From an uncultured virus (IMG/VR IMGVR_UViG_3300027728_000010) (taxonomy: Duplodnaviria; Heunggongvirae; Uroviricota; Caudoviricetes): a DNA stretch of 64,000 nucleotides. Within the stretch, counting starts at the first letter, position 1. Every line of letters begins with the position of its first letter. The translations under genes and the position numbers were made by a program. The stretch lies in the IMG/VR virus record IMGVR_UViG_3300027728_000010; one strand, written 5' to 3'. This document shows, one piece after another, positions 20,021-27,160 of the stretch. The notes below the pieces were generated by a model. The model was not told where the DNA came from. It made no database searches and was given only the letters and a program-made list of their open reading frames with translations.

Positions 20021-20114
20021 TGTCGGTTCGAGTCCGTCAGTAGTTTAAGTAGGTAAAACAACCCGGTAGGGTGATGGGGGTTCGAGTCCTCCCTTAGTGT
20101 AATTAGGTAACACG
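20021..20114 (+). pseudogene. tandem tRNA fragments (T-arm/D-arm/short hairpin/T-arm/D-arm)
   Basis: two GGTTCGAGTCC T-arms and two D-arm-like hairpins, no anticodon loop or paired acceptor. Confidence 0.5.
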
Positions 20115-20124
20115 TTCAAGTATT

Positions 20125-20202
20125 GGACCAGAAGCTTAAGTGGTTATAAGCTTTCGCCTGTTAAGCGAGGGATAGTAGGTTCGAGCCCTACCTGACCCGC
20201 CA
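20125..20202 (+). tRNA. tRNA-Asn(GUU)
   Basis: loop CTGTTAA, encoded CCA, two acceptor mismatches. Confidence 0.8.
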
Positions 20203-20361
20203 AAGATACAATGTTGGGTTCCCCAGTGGTAACGTCTCGAGTAAGTAGACCACAAGAATCTAGTAAGAAGTGACAGATGGGTTCATCACGACTAAAGTAT
20301 CGACCACCGAGACGCTGGCGAGCTGAGGGGGTGGTTAAGAAATACTCCTAAATACGCACCA

Positions 20362-20438
20362 CGGCACATATACCCTCCGCCTGATACGCGGTTGAAAGGT
20401 TAATTGGTTTCATGTAGGTTCAATTCCTACTGTGCCGA
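20362..20438 (+). tRNA. atypical tRNA-Ile(GAU)-like RNA lacking a D-arm
   Basis: acceptor CGGCACA/TGTGCCG, anticodon arm CCGC-CTGATAC-GCGG, T-arm GTAGG-TTCAATT-CCTAC. Confidence 0.6.
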
Positions 20439-20495
20439 CAAAGAGGAGTAACTTGCGTAGGAGCCTTGGGGAACTGCAGTCCCACTACGCTCTTT

Positions 20496-20579
20496 GGAAG
20501 ATAAACCCTGATGGGGATGGGGTCCGCCTGCTAAGCGAGATGTACCTTCGGGTATTTGGTTCGATTCCAATGTCTTCCA
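20496..20579 (+). tRNA. tRNA-Ser(GCU)
   Basis: loop CTGCTAA, variable arm TACC-TTCG-GGTA. Confidence 0.8.
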
Positions 20580-20602
20580 CAAATAATTAAAAAGGAGGTA
20601 AA

Positions 20603-21058
20603 ATGAACCGAGTATTTAGAAAGGTTGACGGAGACGCAATTCCTGATATTGTAAAACACACTATAGATGTTCTTCAAGAATGTCCATATGCTGAAATACA
20701 TATTGGAACTGACTCTCAAAACCACAGAAGAAGTACGGTGTATGTAACGGCAATTGCTTATAGATACGGAAACCGTGGAGTTCACTACATTTATCATAAA
20801 CAAAAAGTTAAAAAGATACGTGATAAGTGGACAAGATTATGGAATGAAGCCGATTATTCAATCGAAGTTGCAAATTGGTTAACAGGTAAAATTAAAGTTC
20901 AAGTACAAATTGACCTTGATTACAACTACCAAGAAAAACACTTTAGTTCAAAGTTGGTTGGACCTGCTGTTGGTTGGATTAACTCTTTGGGTTATAAGGC
21001 AAATATTAAACCTAATAACCAAATTGCAACAAGAGCGGCAGATTTTCATTGTCGTTAA
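20603..21058 (+). CDS. RNase H-like YkuK (DUF458) family protein
   Basis: IHIGTDSQ, RLWNEA..SIEVA, IDLDYN, ATRAAD motifs. Confidence 0.85.
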   Translation: MNRVFRKVDGDAIPDIVKHTIDVLQECPYAEIHIGTDSQNHRRSTVYVTAIAYRYGNRGVHYIYHKQKVKKIRDKWTRLWNEADYSIEVANWLTGKIKVQVQIDLDYNYQEKHFSSKLVGPAVGWINSLGYKANIKPNNQIATRAADFHCR

Positions 21059-21063
21059 TATAT

Positions 21064-21136
21064 GAGAGGTTGTCCGAGCGGCGTTAGGTCTGTGGTTGCA
21101 ACCCACAGTACGGGGGTTCGAGTCCCTCACCTCTCT
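21064..21136 (+). tRNA. tRNA-Cys(GCA)
   Basis: loop TTGCAAC. Confidence 0.9.
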
Positions 21137-21145
21137 CAATAAAAT

Positions 21146-21227
21146 GCCCTCGTGGTGGAATGCAGACACATCCGGTTTAGACCCGGATTCCGTTAAAGGA
21201 GTGAGAGTTCGAGTCTCTCCGAGGGTA
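21146..21227 (+). tRNA. tRNA-Leu(UAG)
   Basis: loop TTTAGAC, variable arm. Confidence 0.9.
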
Positions 21228-21287
21228 CAAAAAATTCAATATATAATTTTATCTATACATCGATATATTTATAAATAAAAATTAATT

Positions 21288-21620
21288 ATGAAAAAAATTA
21301 TAAGACTTACAGAATCTGAACTAACTAATATCATTAAACGAGTTATTAAAGAATCTGGTTTTAGAGCAAGATTTAAAAATCAAAAAGATAATCGTTGGGT
21401 TGATGAAAAGGATAATTGGGTTACTTATGACCCCGATTTAGAAAATCACGGATATTATGATTTTGAATATGAACCATACAACGATGTGGATGAATTTGAA
21501 GATATACCTGAAGACATCAGAGAAAAATTGTTTGGACATAAAACGGGTAGAGAATTCTTTGATACCTATAAAAAACGAGATGGTGGGTTCCAATACTCAA
21601 GAAAAAAAGAGGGGTTTTAA
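21288..21620 (+). CDS. hypothetical protein with IIRLTESEL leader
   Basis: leader motif; TATTTATA upstream. Confidence 0.75.
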   Translation: MKKIIRLTESELTNIIKRVIKESGFRARFKNQKDNRWVDEKDNWVTYDPDLENHGYYDFEYEPYNDVDEFEDIPEDIREKLFGHKTGREFFDTYKKRDGGFQYSRKKEGF

Positions 21621-21689
21621 GTTATAATTAAAAAATCTTAGATACAATTTTTTTCTATATAACAATATATTTATAAATAAAAATTAATT

Positions 21690-22007
21690 ATGAGAAATAG
21701 ATTAACTGAAAGAGATTTATCACGTATTGTTAGACGTGTAATCAAAGAAGACAAAAACGATAGAAGGGAAATCAATAGTATTCTTGACGATATATTTGCA
21801 ACTTTCGAATTTTCTGAAAAAGGAAACGACGAAATGATTACATTGGCTAAGTTTATTGTTGAAAAACCAAATGAGGTTGCAAGTTCAATTATGGCAAGAC
21901 TTAAAAAAGGTTATGGTGCTCGTGAGGAAGATGATACTTTTGGAACCTATACAACAAGGGGAGATGAATTAAGAGACTTGGAAGATAGATTAGGTCGAAG
22001 AATGTAA
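21690..22007 (+). CDS. hypothetical protein with RLTERDL leader
   Basis: leader motif; upstream region near-identical to that of 21288. Confidence 0.75.
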   Translation: MRNRLTERDLSRIVRRVIKEDKNDRREINSILDDIFATFEFSEKGNDEMITLAKFIVEKPNEVASSIMARLKKGYGAREEDDTFGTYTTRGDELRDLEDRLGRRM

Positions 22008-22129
22008 TAAAAAAATTAATATGAACGTGACCCCTCTCCAAAAAAGAGGGGTTTTTTGTTTTAAAATATTTTACAAAGTATTTGGCCAATTGAAATGAAG
22101 TCCATATATTTGTAGAAACAATAAAACAT

Positions 22130-22468
22130 ATGGGGACTTACATTTACACTTACAAGAAAAAATTAGATAAAAAAGCAATTCTTAATGGACAAGAAGTTAA
22201 GGTTGGTGAAGCTACTTTTTTATGTAAACAAGATTGGTCAGGAAATTACACATCACAAGAAAAACGTGAAATGACAAGAGCCACATGTTTACTTGAGCAA
22301 GACCAACCCGACTACATTACATTTGGTGAAGAAGTTTATAAAAATAATAAACGTGGTCTTTGGAGTGATGGTAGTGGTTTTTGGACAGGAATTGACCACA
22401 AAAACGACTATGTTGGAAAGTTAGAAAAAATTGGTAGAAAATATTTTATAAAGTGTTTGGTAAATTAA
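22130..22468 (+). CDS. hypothetical protein
   Basis: 112-aa ORF after TATATTTG. Confidence 0.7.
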   Translation: MGTYIYTYKKKLDKKAILNGQEVKVGEATFLCKQDWSGNYTSQEKREMTRATCLLEQDQPDYITFGEEVYKNNKRGLWSDGSGFWTGIDHKNDYVGKLEKIGRKYFIKCLVN

Positions 22469-22667
22469 AATAAAGTTCTTATATTTGTAAAACAAACGGG
22501 GGTGATAAAATGTGATGGTGGAATCACCCCCACACGAGAGGGAAAAAGTTCTTTGATTTAAAATATTGTGGTGGTAAGCAAGGGGAAACTCGTAAAGTTC
22601 ATTAACCAGTTGGCTCAAGATGGTGAAACGAGAGTGTGAGTCAACTACTAAATCACAAAAAAAATAT

Positions 22668-22765
22668 AGTCAGGTGGCGGAATGGTAGACGCACCCGAAA
22701 GGTAGGTAACGGTATGAAGCCCGATTAAATAATCCTAAATACAGGTTCGAATCCTGTCCTGACTA
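22668..22765 (+). ncRNA. tRNA-like RNA with intact acceptor, D and T arms but no canonical anticodon arm
   Basis: AGTCAGG/CCTGACT acceptor, GGCGGAATGGTAGACGC D-arm, ACAGG-TTCGAAT-CCTGT. Confidence 0.65.
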
Positions 22766-22774
22766 CAAATAATT

Positions 22775-22849
22775 GGTGTGGTAGCTCAGTAGGTAGAGCA
22801 AAGGAACGGAAAATCCTTGTGCCGGTGGTTCGATTCCACTCCCATACCA
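22775..22849 (+). tRNA. tRNA-Phe(GAA)-like with 8-nt anticodon loop
   Basis: stem AAGGA/TCCTT typical of Phe; loop ACGGAAAA. Confidence 0.65.
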
Positions 22850-22856
22850 CAAATAT

Positions 22857-22939
22857 CGCGGGATAGTAAGTAGTTGGTAGCTGGCGAGGCTCATAACCTC
22901 GTGTCTTTGACCCCGGTGGTTCGAGCCCACCTCCCGCAA
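22857..22939 (+). tRNA. tRNA-Met(CAU), initiator-like
   Basis: CGCGGG 5' end with C1:A72 mismatch; loop CTCATAA; elongated variable region. Confidence 0.8.
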
Positions 22940-22950
22940 AACAATCGTAG

Positions 22951-23679
22951 TTAATCCACCTCCACGTGGTGATTGTTGGAAACAGGTAATGCTGGCTGAG
23001 TGATTAACAAACGTTCATTGACAATATTGGTTATAATATCAAGGTATTTTTTTGATGTTGAGGGTTTAACGTATTTTTGTTCGGAAACATCAATAATACA
23101 TAGGTCTATTTTTAAGTCGTGACAAAGTTTAGTTTTAGATTTATCGTTTTCCTGAATTTTATTTAATTTATCTATACCATAGATAGGTTCATAATGAAAG
23201 ATACCGTTGAGTTCTACAGCAAAATTGATAGTAGGGAAATAAATGTCCAATTCAGAACCGATAGTATCTTTTTTATTAAAATCTATCGGTAGTTCTGGAT
23301 AAATAACTTTTAATTGGTTCTCCAACCAAATCTCAAGTTTAGAACGTCGATTTCCGTGTGTTTTCTTTCTATTATTAAAAGTGGTAGAACACGACTTAGA
23401 ACAGAAAAAATTACCTGAATTGTTCTTTTTATTTGAGGATTCTAATCTCTCAAATTCAAGGTCACAATTCTTACATTTTATGATGTTATGTAAAACTTTA
23501 CGTGAATTATAGTAACATTCATCAGAACAATAAATGTGACGATTACGGTTATTTTTTAATTCAAAGGTTATTAGTTTTTTTTCAACACCAAAAGATTTTT
23601 TACATTGTAAACATTCACAAAGTAATTTATTGGTTGATTTTGTATTGTTATATTCTTCTTCGGTAAATAGTGTTTTCAT
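22951..23679 (-). mobile_element. putative homing endonuclease (Zn-finger repeats + Vsr/DUF559-like nuclease)
   Basis: CxxC/FCSxxC repeats; SKLE...ELDIYFP..FAVELNGIFHY...DKSK. Confidence 0.8.
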
Positions 23680-23767
23680 AATGTAAGGTGTATATCTATA
23701 AATATCTTGGTTTCGTTAAAAACTATGTTTTCTAAACCTTTTTTACGAAACTTTTTATTAAATTTAT

Positions 23768-23841
23768 ACTGATGTATCTCAATTGGTGAGAGCAGGACGC
23801 TTATATCGTCAAGGCTATGGGTTCAAGTCCCTTCATCAGTA
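23768..23841 (+). tRNA. tRNA-Ile(UAU)
   Basis: loop CTTATAT; acceptor ACTGATG/CATCAGT. Confidence 0.8.
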
Positions 23842-24056
23842 CGGGAGTGTCGACAGTAGAGTTCTACTTGAGAAAGAGGTAACACGCACTTAAAACGGGG
23901 GTTACAAAATAGTCAAGTCGTTTATAAAGTTTTGGTTGATAAAAACTTTCGTTTTATGGAGATGGTTTAATGTGAAAAACCTTCACCCGTGATGTTAGTA
24001 GGATTGGCCTCCTCATTCACGTAAATGTGACACCGACCCCAAAGGATGTCACAAAT

Positions 24057-24129
24057 GCGGAAGTAGCTCAATTGGTAGAGCTCCTGCCTTCCAAGCAGGT
24101 TGTTGAGAGTTCGAGTCTCTTCTTCCGCT
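24057..24129 (+). tRNA. tRNA-Gly(UCC)
   Basis: loop CTTCCAA. Confidence 0.92.
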
Positions 24130-24215
24130 CGAAAGATGAGTTTCCCTACATCCGGGGTTAGTGAGAAACTTAAAGGGGGACAAGTGGTATACAAGTCCAC
24201 GACTCATCTTAATTT

Positions 24216-24287
24216 GGCCCATTCGTCTAAAAGTAAGGACATTTGGTTTTCATCCAAAAAATCTCGGAGCGTTACCGGGATGGGCTA
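24216..24287 (+). tRNA. tRNA-Glu(UUC), atypical T-loop AGCGTTA
   Basis: loop TTTTCAT. Confidence 0.82.
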
Positions 24288-24312
24288 CAAACCTGTTGAA
24301 ATAAAACAGGAA

Positions 24313-24395
24313 GGTCAGGAGTGTAAAGAGACATGGTGTTGAATCCGTCTGTTAAAGATGGTTGCTCATTGTAGGTTCGAATCCTATCCTGACTT
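24313..24395 (+). ncRNA. tRNA-like RNA with aberrant central arm
   Basis: GGTCAGG/CCTGACT acceptor and GTAGG-TTCGAAT-CCTAT T-arm; no 7-nt anticodon loop. Confidence 0.55.
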
Positions 24396-24507
24396 CACAA
24401 GTGCTCACCACGCTACCCATCAGAACAGCGCCCCAGGGTGAGTTAGTGTAAACGCTTAATAGAACGAAGGCCAAGTTCAGAGCAGGGAGCGGGTCCTGCA
24501 AACATTT

Positions 24508-24581
24508 GGTCCATTGGTGTAATAGTAACATTTGTCCCTGTCACGGACAAGCCCTCGGAGCGTAACCGGGATGGACCGCCA
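24508..24581 (+). tRNA. tRNA-Asp(GUC), atypical T-loop AGCGTAA
   Basis: loop CTGTCAC, encoded CCA. Confidence 0.85.
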
Positions 24582-24602
24582 AACTTATTAAAATTAAAAA
24601 CT

Positions 24603-24875
24603 ATGAAAACATTTGAAGATTTAGAATTTGAACAATTAAATGACGCGCCATATATGGTTGGTAAAAAGTCTCGTATGCATTTTGACAACGGATTTGGTGT
24701 ATCTGTTGTTTCACACACTCATTCATACGGAGGTCGTTCCGGTCTTTATGAAGTGGCAGTATTGGACTCTGATGGTAATCTTACTTACGAGACTCCTGTG
24801 ACAAGTGACGTAATTGGTTACTTGAGTGAAGAAGATGTGACTGATGTTATGAAACAAGTTCAAGAATTGAAATGA
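24603..24875 (+). CDS. conserved phage protein (FDNGFGVSVV...GLYEVAVL)
   Basis: 90-aa ORF. Confidence 0.75.
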   Translation: MKTFEDLEFEQLNDAPYMVGKKSRMHFDNGFGVSVVSHTHSYGGRSGLYEVAVLDSDGNLTYETPVTSDVIGYLSEEDVTDVMKQVQELK

Positions 24876-25153
24876 TGAAAAATAAACACAAAAAAGCTAT
24901 TGATAAAATTATGGATTGGTTTGACTTTTCCAAAGTTCACCAAACTATGGTTGCTTTAGAATGGAAATGGGCATCTGCAGAAGATGGAATCCCAACTGAA
25001 CCAGAAATAAGGGAAATGGCGAGAAAACTAATGGAAGACTCTATTAATCAAAAAGTTAGTATTGGAACAGGAGGGTTTAGAGTTCATTATGATAAAAAAG
25101 ATGATATGATTACTTTATCATTTGTTATTTCAGAATGGTATGAAACTTTTTAA
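24872..25153 (+). CDS. hypothetical protein
   Basis: 93-aa ORF. Confidence 0.7.
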   Translation: MMKNKHKKAIDKIMDWFDFSKVHQTMVALEWKWASAEDGIPTEPEIREMARKLMEDSINQKVSIGTGGFRVHYDKKDDMITLSFVISEWYETF

Positions 25154-25347
25154 TTAATTATATGAAAAAATATTTACACACATTTTTGGGAGTTATTACA
25201 ACTCTATTTGGGGCATTTTGTTTGGTTTCTTTTATGAATGAAACTTTTAGTTGGGTATCAATCTTATATCTATTAGGTTCAGTTATTTTTCTTGGACCTG
25301 CAGTTGATTCTTGGACTCAAGTATATAAAAACTTTATCTAATTTTTT

Positions 25348-25421
25348 GGTCTTATAGCTCAGTTGGTTAGAGCGCCGGTCTCATAAACCGTAGGTCCTTG
25401 GTTCGAACCCAAGTTGGACCA
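25348..25421 (+). tRNA. tRNA-CAU (elongator Met or lysidine Ile2)
   Basis: loop CTCATAA. Confidence 0.85.
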
Positions 25422-25662
25422 CATAAATGCTAATTTTTTGGTGGTGGTTGTTAATCTACCACCATTTTTTTTGACTTTACATTTTTAATATGATATTTTT
25501 AAAATAAAAATAACTATGGAAATTTCACACTTATTGGCCTTATCTTTTCCTATTGGAATTGTAGTTTTTGTTATTGTAAAAGTTATATTTTACAAAAATA
25601 AGTAATTTTTATTCGTTTATTAGTATTTATTAAGTAAGAATAAACGTTCAAGAATTATAAAA

Positions 25663-25836
25663 ATGAAACTTACAAAAGAACAAATTTTAGGAATTGTCAG
25701 ACATGGTTTGACTTTTATTGGTGGTATTTTAATCGCTAAAGGACTCATTGATGAGTCAACGGCTGCCGAAGTTGTTGGTGGTATTATTACATTAGCCGGT
25801 ACCATTTGGTCCATAATTGAGAAAAATAAAGCATAA
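25663..25836 (+). CDS. small two-TM holin-like protein (57 aa)
   Basis: manual ORF MKLTKEQILGIVRHGLTFIGGILIAKG...WSIIEK. Confidence 0.7.
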   Translation: MKLTKEQILGIVRHGLTFIGGILIAKGLIDESTAAEVVGGIITLAGTIWSIIEKNKA

Positions 25837-25864
25837 TTTTCTCTTATATTTCATTTCATTTGTT

Positions 25865-26476
25865 ATGGACGGAATTTATCAAATCGTAATCGCCTTCATT
25901 TCGGGGGTTTTGGGACCTATTTTATTATTATATATTAGACACCTTCTAGATAAGAAAAAGGTTAAACCTGATATGGTTATGGACACACTAAGAGTTAGTG
26001 AATTAGTAAATCAAAGAATAGAACACATTAAAGAAGAATTTAATGCAGATAGAGTGTGGGTTTCACAATTTCATAATGGAGGGAATTTTTACCCAACAGG
26101 TCGGTCAATGGCGAAGTTTTCAATAGTTTATGAAACTGTTGGTCCTAACACAAATTCAGTTCAAACAAATTTTAAAAACATTCCTGTTAATTTATTTTCA
26201 AAGTCAATTAATGAGTTGTACAATAATGAAGTGATTGAAATTCCTGATTTTAAAGATGAAAAAATTGCAACATTTGGTTTAAAATATGTTGCGGAAGAAT
26301 CGAGTTGTAAATCTTCTTATTTATTTGCAATTAAAACTATTGAAGATAAATTTATTGGAGTCTTATCTTTGGACTACACCAAAAGAAAAACCAAATTGGA
26401 TATGGAATCCATTAACCATTTACAAAATCATGCCGCATCCATTGGGGGCGTTTTAATGACATACCTTCAACAATGA
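25865..26476 (+). CDS. single-TM + GAF-like domain protein (T4 holin T-like architecture)
   Basis: N-terminal TM; ADRVWVSQFHNG...FIGVLSLDY. Confidence 0.6.
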   Translation: MDGIYQIVIAFISGVLGPILLLYIRHLLDKKKVKPDMVMDTLRVSELVNQRIEHIKEEFNADRVWVSQFHNGGNFYPTGRSMAKFSIVYETVGPNTNSVQTNFKNIPVNLFSKSINELYNNEVIEIPDFKDEKIATFGLKYVAEESSCKSSYLFAIKTIEDKFIGVLSLDYTKRKTKLDMESINHLQNHAASIGGVLMTYLQQ

Positions 26477-27111
26477 TTAGTAATCGATGGGTAAATAATA
26501 TTGTTTCAGAAATAAAAAAAAACTTAATCCAAGAGGGTAAGTTTGATTCTATGATATATGAAATTTATAGAGATATAATAAATCATTTCAAAAAGAAACA
26601 AAATTTTTCAGAGGTCTATTACGTAGAAAGGGGCGATGAATACGCCGAGTTTAAAGTTAATTGTGAGTTTGAAGAAGAAAGAAAATTTAACCACCCATTT
26701 TCAATTGAAGCGGAAGCCGATTTTGACGTTATTGATATTGTAATAACTTACAGACCTAAAGACTTTCCAAAAAGTATGTCTGATTTAACTGCTGAGTTAA
26801 AAGAAACAATCACACACGAAATAGAACACATAGGACAACATAACTTTGAAGATATGTATATGAGTCCTGAAAAATACATTAACAACTTTGAATACCTAAC
26901 AAGTCCAAGTGAGATTCCTGCTTATGTCAAAGGTTTAATAGCTAGAGCCAACTTAAAAAGAGTATCATTATCTGATGCTATGGACGAATGGTTTAAAGAA
27001 AACATTAATAAGTTTGACAATCCAAAAAAAGAATGGCCAAAAGTTAAAAAAACGTGGATGGATTTTGCAAATGAAATGAGAAGTAAAAACAAAGTAAAAA
27101 AATTCAAATAA
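26473..27111 (+). CDS. HExxH-containing protein
   Basis: THEIEH, downstream EIPAY. Confidence 0.65.
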   Translation: MISNRWVNNIVSEIKKNLIQEGKFDSMIYEIYRDIINHFKKKQNFSEVYYVERGDEYAEFKVNCEFEEERKFNHPFSIEAEADFDVIDIVITYRPKDFPKSMSDLTAELKETITHEIEHIGQHNFEDMYMSPEKYINNFEYLTSPSEIPAYVKGLIARANLKRVSLSDAMDEWFKENINKFDNPKKEWPKVKKTWMDFANEMRSKNKVKKFK

Positions 27112-27160
27112 AGTTTGTCTTTAATTCATTTATTTGTTAGTTTTGTAAAAAAAGTAAATT

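Noticed and set aside
18576..24718. Short ORFs overlapping tRNAs (e.g. 18576-18779, 19840-20061, 21096-21278, 24100-24342)
   Set aside because: Shadow ORFs of tRNA genes.
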